64,000 bases of DNA from Nitrosopumilaceae archaeon (GCA_965208905.1 OZ242365.1:1024001-1088000); one strand, 5' to 3'; counted from the first letter of the stretch, positions 50,024-62,016 are shown. The notes: generated from the sequence alone by a model not told the origin. Made by a program: numbers and translations.

Positions 50024-51270
50024 TGGTGGGGACCCCGCTAGAATGAGAACACTCACGTTCATACAGCTTAAAGTCGTAATGGGAGGGATGATGCCATGGT
50101 AAGAACAAAGTTTACTCCAGACCAAAAGATCCAGATCGTTTTGGAATCAATCAAGACCAATATTGGCACGGCCGAGCTGTGCCGCAAGCACAACGTTCAT
50201 CCCCAAACGTTTCAAGCCTGGCGGCAAAAGTTCATGGACGCAGGCAAGTCCGGACTGACCCATCACGGAAAGAAGGATCCGATAAAGGCCATCAAAAAGG
50301 AGAACGGCGACCTAAAGCGAATCATAGGGGATCTGACAATCGCAAACGACGCTTTAAAAAAAACCTTGGAGGCAAGCAACGATTGAACGCGGTAAAAATC
50401 ATGCAGGAACAACATTTGAGCCTGCGCAAGTCGCTAGGGTATGCGGGCGTATCCAGGCGCCAATGGTACTACAAACCCAAGCCCAGAGACATGGGATTGA
50501 ATCCGGATATATTGAGCACTGTGCTAGATACGAGCAGAAAGAGGCCCACGTACGGCACACGGCGCATGGCGGCCCAGATAACGCGCGATACGGGAATTGT
50601 GGTGAACCGCAAGCAGATACAGCGGATATATCGCAAAATGGGCTACATCCAGCCACAAAATACCAAAAACGACATCATTCGAGCGGGTCAAAAGCTCTTC
50701 AAACCCAAAGCCCCACACCAGTTGTGGGAGACGGACATCACATACATCTGGTGCGGTATAGACGGCTGGTGCTACTGCTTCAACGTAATTGACTGCTTTA
50801 CGCGCAAGTGGATCGCCTACGCGTTTGATGTCAATGCCACACGAGACATTGCAATCACCTCAATCACCAACGCGGTTGCCGCAGAGAAACCTGACTGCTC
50901 ACAATTACGATTGCGTACGGACAACGGCAACCAGTATACGAGCCGCGACTTTAGACATGCGGTTCAGGCCCTTGGCATCGGCAAACATGAATTCATCTAC
51001 AAGAATACGCCGGAGCAGAACGGACATGTCGAATCATTTCACAAGACGCTGAAAAAGGAATACATCTGGCCGCACGAGTTTGCGAACTATCAGGAGGCAG
51101 AGACGATCATTGCAAAGGCCTTTGTAGATTACAACACCGAGAGGATTCATTCCTCTATCGGATACATGACACCAGTAGAATTTGCCGAACAGTTGGAGAT
51201 GACAAATAAATGATGGAAGATGTATGTAAAATCATGCCGAAAACAGTAACATTCTATGGGGTCCACTCCA
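50024..51270 (+). mobile_element. IS3-family insertion sequence, copy 1
   Basis: TG..CA TIRs TGGTGGGGACCCCGCTAGAATG / TGGAGTGGACCCCATAGAATG; 4-bp TSD ACAT. Confidence 0.94.
50096..51213 (+). CDS. IS3 transposase OrfAB (orfA 50096-50386, -1 frameshift into orfB)
   Basis: HTH/leucine-zipper orfA; TTTAAAAAAAAC slippery run at ~50353-50364; WETDIT, TDNG and ESFHKTLK in orfB. Confidence 0.92.
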
Positions 51271-51946
51271 ACATTATGATGGTAATTTCAGCTAAACTCG
51301 GTACAAAAATCACACATAATATAATACACAATATACAAGCGCATCATGACTATATGTTATGTTTTAGCCCAGGAGATTGACTGTACCCATTTTGATATTG
51401 GAGAATTTTGTATGCGGACCACCATCCTATACAAAGTAGCCTCGATATACTGTGAGGATACATACACTGAATACTTGTGTATAAGAGAGAAGTTTTAGAT
51501 GACTATTACACAGTATAGTCCGACATTAGTCTATATCTAAATCTGCCCCGTTAAACCTTGGCAAGTTTTGGCAAAGTCATAATACTGATTCATACGAGGT
51601 TACACTGGTACTTTATAGCAATACTCAATTAAAAAAACCATTGAATGGTTTTCTCATGTGATGCGACCCTGTAAAACTTCTTGTTATTATATATGATATA
51701 TACAAAAACACATTCATTGACTGAATAAATACGCATAGATATAAGTACGATCACAAAGAAGAGATGTAAAAATTATAATCATCTATTAAATTTTATTTTT
51801 TTAAATTCTCCAATAATGTATAATTATTTCATTTATTAAAATCTGTTGATATATCATACTAGACACATATTGTATTACCTGAGTCTAAATTTGTACTATT
51901 ATACAATGTATATTATTATGTAGTGTGCATTTTAATCACAGTTAAA

Positions 51947-53413
51947 TCATGATCGTACCCAAAAGTTGCTCAGATTTTTTTTCACACACTTTGTAATGTT
52001 GGCAGCATATTGTACCACACGTTTGGAGTCATAATCTGTCTCCATGTATAGTGGTCCGGTCTGTCTGGGTCTGGCAAAAGCTTTACCATTTGGATGAATG
52101 GTAGTACCTGAGAGTATGTACCTCTGTCCTCCCTTTATGGGACAATGTCTTAATCCAAGGCTATCATTTTTGTGTAACCATACAACCATGCGAAAGACAA
52201 GGTCAGTCCATGACTTGACTGTCACTGTGGAACCATCTGGACACATCATTATAGTTGGTCTTTTGTTCATATCTATATTGGTGGATAGTGCAACCCAATC
52301 TTCGAATTTACCAGCCTTGGACTTTGGTGGTTCCTTGGAGCTCTTTGACTCAAGTACAGTCTTGATGAATGGGATGGTCTTTTTAAACATGTACATACTG
52401 GTAACCTTTGTTTCATAATCTCCTAATTTTCGGTGCAGTGTGGCGTAAATATTCTGTATGAAATCATACCCCTCAAACGATGGGTCTGGTGCCTGTATAT
52501 TGTATATTAATTTTACAATAGTCTTTGTTGCAGATAATGAACATATAATCATGCCACGCCTGGTCTTGAATTGTAGATGAGTACTTGTGGTGGTAACTCT
52601 CAGTCCCGGGTCCCTGCGCAAATGCCGAATAATATTTTGGCAAAGTCTTCGGGTATTGGAGCTAGTCTTTGTATCTAGATAATCTTTAATGGTATTTACT
52701 AACTGTTTGGTTTGTTTATTTGACTCAAATACTCTGTCAATTAATATTATTCCTCCTGCATATTGTAATAATTTAAAGATCTGAAGACCACATGCGACTT
52801 TACCACACATGTTAGTCTCAAAACTGGACAAATTCTGTGACACTAAAATTGCATATGTTTTATCCCAATTATACGAGGTATGATCCTTGAAGCCACTACC
52901 TTGCGTATGTGCATTGGCCGCAGTACCTTTGTTGTTTATCATTGCATCATAGTCCTTGGATATTTGCTCTAACACGTATTCATTAGTCTCACTTTTACAT
53001 GATATAATAACAAAACAGTTCTGCCTTTCATCATACGCCAATATGTCGATATGGCGTATGGGTATGCCGACCCCAAAACCCAGAGATATAATTTTAAGAT
53101 CTGGAAAAAGCGAACTAAAATTTTGATTCACAAACTGCTGAAGTGTACCATCACTGAGAAGCTGTTCCTGAGCCCTATTTGCTAGAGCCATACCAATATC
53201 CACAAATACCCTCATACTGTGAGTATACCAACATGATAATTTAGTTTTTTGATGGTAATTTTGTGTATTATGTAAATTATCCATCCATAGTTCACCCTTG
53301 ATAAGCTTGCCTGCACAGGTTGCAAAGGAATCGCGACAAGCAGCACTAAAATGGAACCATCTAGTGTTGGGCTGTACAGTTATAGACGATAACAACTGGA
53401 CATCGTTATACAT
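51947..53413 (-). CDS. PD-(D/E)XK-like (NucS/Mrr-type) nuclease domain fused to a DUF5655-like and a C-terminal domain
   Basis: EQLL..F..NF, IDILAYDE...FVIISCK, LEQ motifs; true start probably near 53191-53215. Confidence 0.55.
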   Translation of the reverse strand: MYNDVQLLSSITVQPNTRWFHFSAACRDSFATCAGKLIKGELWMDNLHNTQNYHQKTKLSCWYTHSMRVFVDIGMALANRAQEQLLSDGTLQQFVNQNFSSLFPDLKIISLGFGVGIPIRHIDILAYDERQNCFVIISCKSETNEYVLEQISKDYDAMINNKGTAANAHTQGSGFKDHTSYNWDKTYAILVSQNLSSFETNMCGKVACGLQIFKLLQYAGGIILIDRVFESNKQTKQLVNTIKDYLDTKTSSNTRRLCQNIIRHLRRDPGLRVTTTSTHLQFKTRRGMIICSLSATKTIVKLIYNIQAPDPSFEGYDFIQNIYATLHRKLGDYETKVTSMYMFKKTIPFIKTVLESKSSKEPPKSKAGKFEDWVALSTNIDMNKRPTIMMCPDGSTVTVKSWTDLVFRMVVWLHKNDSLGLRHCPIKGGQRYILSGTTIHPNGKAFARPRQTGPLYMETDYDSKRVVQYAANITKCVKKNLSNFWVRS

Positions 53414-53449
53414 GATATCTAACTGTCATCCTTAAATTATTAAAAACAC

Positions 53450-53836
53450 TCAGGATAGATTCTTTAATGTAATATTATTCAAAAATCCATACAGATGCGC
53501 AATACTAGCTAAAAACAAAAATGGCACTGATGGCGATTGGTGCTCTAAAATTATGGGCATCACCAACCATGCTAGTGTACCCTCTATTGATATCTGTGGC
53601 AGTATGGCTCCACCCCGCCCTAAATGTTTTACAAAAATACCAAACGATAAAGAAGATTCATGTTTGCATATGATTCTGTCTTTGTAGCGTATGGTTCCAG
53701 ATATGTCCAGTGTTGTGGTTATGCTATATGCGATTATTACCGGAATTAATAATATGTTATTGGGAATTTGTATGGTTAACAGAATGCAACAACAAGCCAA
53801 TATCATAAGATAATAAAAAAATGATGGCATTATCAT
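53450..53836 (-). CDS. Hypothetical multi-TM protein
   Basis: Hydrophobic 128-aa ORF coupled to the upstream ORF. Confidence 0.55.
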   Translation of the reverse strand: MIMPSFFYYLMILACCCILLTIQIPNNILLIPVIIAYSITTTLDISGTIRYKDRIICKHESSLSFGIFVKHLGRGGAILPQISIEGTLAWLVMPIILEHQSPSVPFLFLASIAHLYGFLNNITLKNLS

Positions 53837-54138
53837 CGTAGCCGTAAGAGAACCACGCTAATCATGATGGTAAATACAAAGATCAAACACACTACCCATA
53901 ATAATGTCTGGTATAAGCTGTCTATCTTTTCAGTAAGTGCGGCTGGAATATTGGTGTTGGGAGGTGGCTCAAATATGTTGTCAACCCCAAAGATAAATGC
54001 TATTATATACGGCATGGCCCACACTATGAACGCCCCAATTATGGCTCCCAACAACATGGTCTGATACTTGCCTATAGATTCGGACTCTGCGTTTTTCAAG
54101 CATGCCAGATATGTCACTATCTGCTTATAACGCAACAT
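53833..54138 (-). CDS. Membrane protein resembling TrbC/VirB2 pilin (possibly a fragment)
   Basis: KYQTMLLGAIIGAFIVWAMPYII hydrophobic segment. Confidence 0.4.
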   Translation of the reverse strand: MLRYKQIVTYLACLKNAESESIGKYQTMLLGAIIGAFIVWAMPYIIAFIFGVDNIFEPPPNTNIPAALTEKIDSLYQTLLWVVCLIFVFTIMISVVLLRLR

Positions 54139-54182
54139 GGCGGTACTCTGGACCGTTATAAGCAGTTATTTATGTCCGTATA

Positions 54183-54560
54183 ATGAAAAGATGCACAAAT
54201 AGCATACCTGCACTGTCTGCAATTGTGGGCATAATAATAGGTGTGGGAGTTACCGCTGCAGCGGGTTCTACACTATACCATACCTTTGAGTCCCAGACTG
54301 ATCCCTTCAAGTCTAGTTCTGCCCTGGATGTACGAAATCTCAATGCTGGTAAATATAATGTTCTATTAAGAATTACCGCTACACTACGAAACAACGGCCA
54401 GACACGAATAGATAAAATCACAATAGACAAGATATTGGTATCTAGTGTTGAGTTATTTCAAAACCCAAGCACAAATATAATTTTAAAGATAAATAGAAAT
54501 AATGTAGTATCGACCAACTATGACTACACAACACAGAGTCACAGATACCAGCACTGGTAA
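54183..54560 (+). CDS. Archaeal type IV pilin-like protein (probably truncated)
   Basis: Class-III signal-like ALSAIVGIIIGVGVTAAAGSTLY, later LRNNG motif. Confidence 0.55.
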   Translation: MKRCTNSIPALSAIVGIIIGVGVTAAAGSTLYHTFESQTDPFKSSSALDVRNLNAGKYNVLLRITATLRNNGQTRIDKITIDKILVSSVELFQNPSTNIILKINRNNVVSTNYDYTTQSHRYQHW

Positions 54561-55664
54561 GATAGTGAGTATCCCGTATGGTCTATCCGAGGCACTGATA
54601 GTTGAGATTGAACCCAAAAGGTATAACCGATAAAATAAGTAACTCTGTCAATGTCTCTGACTGACTAACAATGACACTGCTAATAAAGGCCGGTGGCGAT
54701 ACCATAATTACAGATGCATATTCAACTCGGGCCAAGCTAGGATAATTATATATTTTATTTATTTGAGTTTAATTACTAAACATTTGTTATTTACTTATAG
54801 TATCGACTTAAAACTATCTTACATATACTAGTCTGACTATGAGTACACAACACAAAACCATCCGTTATTGGGATGTGTACGTATAATATTCCCAGAAAAA
54901 ATCTAATATTTTTATACGTCCATAATTTTTATAATTTCAAAAACCATTCTTTCTGCATTTAGCTATGTAATTTACATTCACATGTGAGTTATTACAATAT
55001 AATGGCACCATAGGTGACGTGCATAATCTCTGGACTGAAATACAATATTTTAATAACTGTAAGAGTTATTTTTTTGTATATTTTATCTACTATGTCAACA
55101 GTTCAAAAAAAATGATGATATATCATCTGATGATTTGGTAGTTTTAATTGTTACAGTTATATTTCAATCTGAGTAGTGTGTCATTTGGTTGATATATTTA
55201 TTCAAATTTATTATATTTTTTACAGCATTAATTTAACCAACCATAATGGAACAGCTGAGTATGTGGTACAAGCGACACCTGAGAGTTTGAGGATGGTCAT
55301 CCAAGTTGCCAAACTTCTTAGTGAAGCAGTCGATGATATACGTATTATCCACAAATTACTGGAATAAAACAGGTAGATCTACAAAATACCAAGACCACTG
55401 CTAAATTATACTGGAATATTACAAGTGTGGCATGAATGCCTTTCTATTGAAAATTATAACCTATTTACCACTCTAAAATACCACACAATACATCTAAAGA
55501 GATCAATCACCCACGAGATCTTGCTTCTTTGGCGTTGTGTTAAACATCTCCAGCGGAGTGTTGTGGCTAATACACTAGTGTTGAAGTTAGAGTATGTTAC
55601 TCCTGCTAATACACTCCATCATACTCTCATGATTTTTTAAATTATACAAATTATAGTCACTAGG

Positions 55665-56600
55665 TTATGATTTAAATGACTGCCATCCTTTGTCATGTAT
55701 TTTGTAACTCTGCCCATCTTTTTTTACAAATACGCCACTGCCCTCCTCTACGAACCCTATCTGTATGAGTGGGGTATCTGTCTCTGATGCTATGCTGCAT
55801 ATCTTTGGTATGTATTTAGATGCGGCGGTAAACACAATCTCGTACTCTTCCCCGCCATTATACAAGAGATCATCCATATTCAAATTATTTTTTCTTGCAA
55901 ACTCTTCTATATTGTCTGCAATCGGTTCGTGGGTCACTATAATGGATATACCACTCTGTGCAGATATCTCGTTTAGAGTTGTGGATAGGCCATCACTAGA
56001 ATCCATGGACGCATTGATGTAATCTGCTATCTTTGCGCCAAACTCCAATCGAACTGTTGGATGTAGCACCGACCGGATATACTCATCAGATCCGTTTATG
56101 CTGTTTAACAACATGTGTAGTCCAGCAGCAGATGCGCCAAACGGCCCACTCACAAACACCGCATCATGTATTTGGGCACCATGTCTGTAAGGCTTCTGCC
56201 GGCCTCTGCCCACTAGACATACAGTTATGGACATCTCTGTGCTCTGTTTTGTGTCGCCACCAACTATACTACATCCTAATTCAGTGGATGCATCTGCCAG
56301 CCCGCCGGCTATCTCTTCAAAATCTAATGTATGATATGTTAATGGCATACTAATTGATATTAATGCCCAGAGAGGTTTGATCCCCTTTGCTGCAAAATCA
56401 CTTGCGCATGCAATCATGCTCTTTCTTGCGGCCTCCCTTAGAGACATGGATGGTGGCACATCGGTGTTATACGCCAATGTGTCTATATTTATGGCCAAAT
56501 TTGTATTGTTAATTTGTATTCGTTCAACATCGTCCCATGCAGAGTTAATACCAAACTTTTGTCGAAATATTCGTATTATGTCATGTTCTTTGACCATCAT
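55665..56600 (-). CDS. thiL: Thiamine-monophosphate kinase
   Basis: SDFAAKG, VGGDT, DSSDGL, GGEEYE. Confidence 0.92.
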   Translation of the reverse strand: MMVKEHDIIRIFRQKFGINSAWDDVERIQINNTNLAINIDTLAYNTDVPPSMSLREAARKSMIACASDFAAKGIKPLWALISISMPLTYHTLDFEEIAGGLADASTELGCSIVGGDTKQSTEMSITVCLVGRGRQKPYRHGAQIHDAVFVSGPFGASAAGLHMLLNSINGSDEYIRSVLHPTVRLEFGAKIADYINASMDSSDGLSTTLNEISAQSGISIIVTHEPIADNIEEFARKNNLNMDDLLYNGGEEYEIVFTAASKYIPKICSIASETDTPLIQIGFVEEGSGVFVKKDGQSYKIHDKGWQSFKS

Positions 56601-57870
56601 ATATTATTGATTTAACCTGATTAATTACATTGCGACATTTGTCTAATGTGGGAGCCTCTGCAGACACTCTTATGATATCTTCGGTGTTGGATGGTCTGAT
56701 TAATATCCATGTGTCGTCATTTATGATTGTCCGTATGCCATCGGTGGTGTCCACTTGTGTTGATATCTGTGATATTTTGTCAATTATATTTTGTATTATA
56801 TCTGCACTTCCAATAATTTTTTCACGAATTATTGTACTACCTGTAATATCATTAAGTGTATCGTGCGCAAAACCATCATGTATCATGGATGCTATCAATG
56901 CAGAAGTAAATAGCCCATCTCGACAGTAATTAAATTTACTAAAGATAAAACCGCCACTACTTCCCTCACCACCAACAAAAGCACCATTATGCGTCATTGC
57001 GTCTATGACATTTGCCTCACCAACAGGAGCGCGCCATACTCTCCCTCCTCTATCTGTTATGTATCTCTCGATTAATACACTACTGTCCATACTTATGACA
57101 AATTTGCGATATCCTTGTTTTATTGCTGCTGCCACACCCAGACCCAGAGTTACATCCGGCGGCTGTACCGCCCCATTCATTACTAGGACCAGCCTGTCCC
57201 CATCCGTGTCAAAGGCTACCCCTGCATCATATTTTGTAGACTTGGTTACTAAATCTTCTAGACCGCCCGCGGTGGGATCAGTTCTGATGTGCGTATTGTG
57301 AATGATATCTGTCTGACATCCTATTTTTTTGAGTATCTTTGGGGCAATATCTGTGGCAGCTCCACCTCCAGCATCTATCAGTATGGATGGTGTACCATCA
57401 ACTTTGACTATATCCAGTATATCATCGACATAGGATGATGTGTAATATTTTGTATTGCCATAGGAGTTTTTATTTAATATATTATTTGTGCCAGACTTTA
57501 TGCGATTTATCTCTGCCTTGTTTACAGATCTTCCATTTATTATAAATTTTAGACCATTCCATTCTATAGTGTTGTGTGAGGATGTGATGACTATTCCAGC
57601 ACCATATCTTCGTGCCTCTCGAAATATAACCGGCGTTGGCATCACACCTAAATCTAATGTATCAATGTTGTAACTTGCCAGAACACTAGATACAATATTT
57701 GATATCATATTACTTGTGGGTCTGGTGTCCCGGCCAATCACGCAAGTCTTGCTATTCATTATGCCCACAAACCCTCTACAAAATGATATAGTATCCTGTA
57801 GTGTGTAGTCTTTTCCCACTATCCCCCTTATTCCTGAGATTGTAACCTTCACTGTACAAACGTAACACAT
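56581..57870 (-). CDS. Phosphoglucomutase/phosphomannomutase family protein
   Basis: ISGIRG, TSSHN, DTDGDR, GGEGSSGG, RPSNTE. Confidence 0.92.
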   Translation of the reverse strand: MCYVCTVKVTISGIRGIVGKDYTLQDTISFCRGFVGIMNSKTCVIGRDTRPTSNMISNIVSSVLASYNIDTLDLGVMPTPVIFREARRYGAGIVITSSHNTIEWNGLKFIINGRSVNKAEINRIKSGTNNILNKNSYGNTKYYTSSYVDDILDIVKVDGTPSILIDAGGGAATDIAPKILKKIGCQTDIIHNTHIRTDPTAGGLEDLVTKSTKYDAGVAFDTDGDRLVLVMNGAVQPPDVTLGLGVAAAIKQGYRKFVISMDSSVLIERYITDRGGRVWRAPVGEANVIDAMTHNGAFVGGEGSSGGFIFSKFNYCRDGLFTSALIASMIHDGFAHDTLNDITGSTIIREKIIGSADIIQNIIDKISQISTQVDTTDGIRTIINDDTWILIRPSNTEDIIRVSAEAPTLDKCRNVINQVKSIIYDGQRT

Positions 57871-58654
57871 ATGGGAATTATATATTTGCCTTGTACTTTT
57901 ATGAATAATCTCTCCCGTATGGGAAATTAATATCGGCCATCGATGAAAAAGATTAAATCATGCATTCAAATATTGTGCATCTGTATTTTCGACAAAAATA
58001 CAGTAACAGCAGAGATCAAATCCGCCTTAAAATAACACACTTGAACTATATAATATATGATGATGACGATACATTGACACCTACATTCGTTAAACCAGAA
58101 AATTTATTTTTACACCTTGCTATGAATAATCAGATATTCTATCTTGTTGCCATGTATCATCTTGCATATGTCATTAGAGGTTTGTATAATGGCAGTTCTA
58201 TGTCTTATTTGTTCACTAAATATTCTATTTGATATTGTAATACCAAACGACTTATTTCCCAAAATATAATATATTATTTGCAGTGCAGACAGGCATACTG
58301 CCAAAAGTGTCTCAATTGTATAAAATCGTGGATGTCACGTGTAACACTGACAAGAAAAGTTACACGTTACCATATGCAAAAATATGTCACCTAGAAAAAT
58401 AACTGGTATATGTGGAGTTAACATATGCGGTGTGTATAGTCGCCGTACAGTCGGTTGGTAATGTCAGACTATATGAGAAGAATACCATGCGCAATATAGG
58501 GTATAAAAAAACTCTTATGAGACTACACAAAAAACTAGACTTTATCTACAGAAAGATGGTACACAGACAACTTGACAAACTTCCGAAAACTCACTATGAT
58601 AGGTGGCCACATACGACAAGTCAATGTGCCAGTCATACATATCTGTGAGACAGG

Positions 58655-58674
58655 TTCGATTACGCATAAATTCT
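58655..58674. repeat. Solo end matching the 5' TIR of the second tnpB element
   Basis: TTCGATTACGCATAAATTCT vs TTCGATTACGCATAAACTCT at 5961-5980 (19/20). Confidence 0.7.
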
Positions 58675-58696
58675 AGTGTAGTGTAGAGCCCAATAT

Positions 58697-58770
58697 GCCT
58701 CGATAGCTCAGCCTGGTAGAGCGAACGCCTCGTAAGCGTTAGGTCGCGGGTTCAAAGCCCGTTCGAGGCT
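58697..58770 (+). tRNA. tRNA-Thr(CGT)
   Basis: Acceptor GCCTCGA/TCGAGGC, D arm, anticodon arm AACGC-CTCGTAA-GCGTT, GGTTCAAA T loop; no encoded CCA. Confidence 0.96.
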
Positions 58771-58865
58771 TTTTCATATTCAATGTCTATCTCCAACTCT
58801 TTACCTAGGCCTTTCCACCATTTTGGTACTCTCTGTGACACAGTAATTATACAACAGCATGCCCA

Positions 58866-59105
58866 TTATACCTTTTCCATTCTATCTCGGAGTCGCTTGC
58901 GGTACCAAATGACGGCCATGGCAACGCCCGCGCACGCCCCAAATACATACCACCTGTAAGGACTATCCATCATGCCCAAAAATGAGTAGATGGTTCCTCC
59001 TATGGCTGCAAACCCGATCAACTCTAGTAATTTTATCAATCTGTTATGTGTTACGTTATACAGTGATATAATCCTGTAGCTGAGCTTGGGGTTTATCCCA
59101 CACAA
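58866..59105 (-). CDS. Small two-TM protein
   Basis: LLELIGFAAIGG...WYRKRLR; start uncertain. Confidence 0.55.
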   Translation of the reverse strand: MCGINPKLSYRIISLYNVTHNRLIKLLELIGFAAIGGTIYSFLGMMDSPYRWYVFGACAGVAMAVIWYRKRLRDRMEKV

Positions 59106-59322
59106 GCTTGGGCGATACTACGCCGCATCTCTGAGATAGTCTGTCCGCCCTGTATGAGTGATGTTCTTGATGTCTCCTTTGTGATATGCTAATAGCAGAA
59201 CGCGCTAATGTGCTTTGGCGGTGTCCAGCGATAAGTGTTCTAAAGCGGCCCACCACACGCCCCGCTTACCTCCCACCAGGTTCATGTCACGCAGATTTAC
59301 TAGTTCTTATGTGGTAATTCAT

Positions 59323-60569
59323 TGGAGTGGACCCCATAGAATGTTACTGTTTTCGGCATGATTTTACATACATCTTCCATCATTTATTTGTCATCTCCAA
59401 CTGTTCGGCAAATTCTACTGGTGTCATGTATCCGATAGAGGAATGAATCCTCTCGGTGTTGTAATCTACAAAGGCCTTTGCAATGATCGTCTCTGCCTCC
59501 TGATAGTTCGCAAACTCGTGCGGCCAGATGTATTCCTTTTTCAGCGTCTTGTGAAATGATTCGACATGTCCGTTCTGCTCCGGCGTATTCTTGTAGATGA
59601 ATTCATGTTTGCCGATGCCAAGGGCCTGAACCGCATGTCTAAAGTCGCGGCTCGTATACTGGTTGCCGTTGTCCGTACGCAATCGTAATTGTGAGCAGTC
59701 AGGTTTCTCTGCGGCAACCGCGTTGGTGATTGAGGTGATTGCAATGTCTCGTGTGGCATTGACATCAAACGCGTAGGCGATCCACTTGCGCGTAAAGCAG
59801 TCAATTACGTTGAAGCAGTAGCACCAGCCGTCTATACCGCACCAGATGTATGTGATGTCCGTCTCCCACAACTGGTGTGGGGCTTTGGGTTTGAAGAGCT
59901 TTTGACCCGCTCGAATGATGTCGTTTTTGGTATTTTGTGGCTGGATGTAGCCCATTTTGCGATATATCCGCTGTATCTGCTTGCGGTTCACCACAATTCC
60001 CGTATCGCGCGTTATCTGGGCCGCCATGCGCCGTGTGCCGTACGTGGGCCTCTTTCTGCTCGTATCTAGCACAGTGCTCAATATATCCGGATTCAATCCC
60101 ATGTCTCTGGGCTTGGGTTTGTAGTACCATTGGCGCCTGGATACGCCCGCATACCCTAGCGACTTGCGCAGGCTCAAATGTTGTTCCTGCATGATTTTTA
60201 CCGCGTTCAATCGTTGCTTGCCTCCAAGGTTTTTTTTAAAGCGTCGTTTGCGATTGTCAGATCCCCTATGATTCGCTTTAGGTCGCCGTTCTCCTTTTTG
60301 ATGGCCTTTATCGGATCCTTCTTTCCGTGATGGGTCAGTCCGGACTTGCCTGCGTCCATGAACTTTTGCCGCCAGGCTTGAAACGTTTGGGGATGAACGT
60401 TGTGCTTGCGGCACAGCTCGGCCGTGCCAATATTGGTCTTGATTGATTCCAAAACGATCTGGATCTTTTGGTCTGGAGTAAACTTTGTTCTTACCATGGC
60501 ATCATCCCTCCCATTACGACTTTAAGCTGTATGAACGTGAGTGTTCTCATTCTAGCGGGGTCCCCACCA
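59323..60569 (-). mobile_element. IS3-family insertion sequence, copy 2
   Basis: Proteins identical to copy 1; inverted orientation; no TSD. Confidence 0.94.
59380..60497 (-). CDS. IS3 transposase OrfAB (frameshifted)
   Basis: orfA 60207-60497 and orfB 59380-60414 identical to copy 1. Confidence 0.92.
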
Positions 60570-60626
60570 GAGATCACATACTAGTTTTGTGGTCTTATGG
60601 ATATCCATTCTAATAGTTATACAAGA

Positions 60627-60967
60627 TTATAGTCTAGGTTTTTTTAAAATATCGTTGGTTATAGTAATCTCTCCGATTATACGCTTGAAATTTTCTGTCT
60701 CTTTAGAATGGTTTTTGGTTAGTATCCCTTTGTCTGCAAGGGCTTGCTTGTCTTCTTGAAGGAACTTTTCATTCCAGCTTTGAAACATGGTCGGTGAGAC
60801 GTTGTGCTTGCGATATATTTTGGCGACAAATATACTTGCATTAAAAAAATTCTGATACAATATTGGATTTCTCCTGTGGAGTTTGTTTTTTAGTCATGTA
60901 TTGTTTGTATTCCTTGCATCAAAAAACATTTGGTATAATGGATCTCATTATAGTGAGGTCATCACCA
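60627..60967 (-). pseudogene. Eroded IS3 left end and orfA remnant
   Basis: RKHNVSPTMFQSWNEKF...KRIIGEITITNDILKK parallels orfA; decayed TIR at ~60946-60967. Confidence 0.8.
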
Positions 60968-61194
60968 GATCAGATAATTTATTAGAATTACTATCTTGAA
61001 GTTTTATGGCTTTTTTTTATAATTATTTTTAGATGTGCATATGCAAATAAGTAGTGCCAAATGTAAAAAACACAGATAAATTTGTATTTTGGAGACTCGT
61101 ATAGAACAAATTTAAAACACTAAAAGTCAAATAATTATATTTATCTTCATGCCAGATATTATAGCAATTGTTTTTGCCTGCTTATGAATAATGT

Positions 61195-62016
61195 CTAGTA
61201 TTCAAAAACACCTTGCTTGTATGATCCAAACACATCTAAAATAAGACATCTCTCTCTTATGGCGTCCATCATTACTTTATGTTGTTGTATATGACCCTCA
61301 AAGTCTACAAAAAATACATACTTCCAACCCGATATTGGTCGCGAGGTTATTCGGGTTAGATTCACATCCCGCATCAAATTTAGTATTGTGTGTAATGATC
61401 CTTTGTTATGATGTAATGTAAAAGCTATTGTGGTCTTATATTTTATATCTGGTTTATACTCTATAGAGTCCTTTCCAATTATTAAAAATCTGGTAGTATT
61501 GTCTTTATTATCATTTATCCCCTCCATTATTATCTTCATGTTGTATAGTTCGGCGGCATCCCTGCTAGCTATGGCTGCAATGCTCCCATCTCCTGTACGT
61601 TTCACCATAGAGACACTTGCTGCGGTATCATAATACTGCGTCGGCAGTAGATTGTGTTTTTTGAGGAATTTTTTACATTGGCCAAGTGCTTGGAGATGAG
61701 AGTATACCTGTTTTATGTCGTTTAAATCTCCACTATTCCCAATCAAGCAGTGTCGTATGGGCTCGTACCACTCGCCAATTATGTGCAGACTGTTTCTAAC
61801 AGAGTAGATGGCATCATTGGAGTCTGCAACCTCACCATAATGTGAGTTTTCTACAGGTATTACAGCTTGGTCGGCATCACCAAGTATGATCATGTCTAAT
61901 GCAGCTTCAAATGTCATTGCACTTATTGGTGTACCAAATCTTTTGGCCACCGTATATCCGTATGCACCCGCCTCACCTTGATAAGATATTTTCATGTTAT
62001 ACACTCTATCCATCAC
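61195..62016 (-). CDS. pheA: Prephenate dehydratase
   Basis: YQGEAGAY, PVENS, YSHLQALGQC, NTTRF, SRP ACT domain. Confidence 0.94.
   Translation of the reverse strand: MMDRVYNMKISYQGEAGAYGYTVAKRFGTPISAMTFEAALDMIILGDADQAVIPVENSHYGEVADSNDAIYSVRNSLHIIGEWYEPIRHCLIGNSGDLNDIKQVYSHLQALGQCKKFLKKHNLLPTQYYDTAASVSMVKRTGDGSIAAIASRDAAELYNMKIIMEGINDNKDNTTRFLIIGKDSIEYKPDIKYKTTIAFTLHHNKGSLHTILNLMRDVNLTRITSRPISGWKYVFFVDFEGHIQQHKVMMDAIRERCLILDVFGSYKQGVFEY

Noticed and set aside
58740-58770. att-site duplication of the tRNA-Thr 3' end
   Set aside because: No second copy seen in the window and no integrase gene
50024-60569. Composite transposon formed by the two inverted IS3 copies
   Set aside because: Copy 1 has its own ACAT TSD, the outer flanks do not match, and the enclosed DNA includes core genes (thiL, pgm, tRNA)
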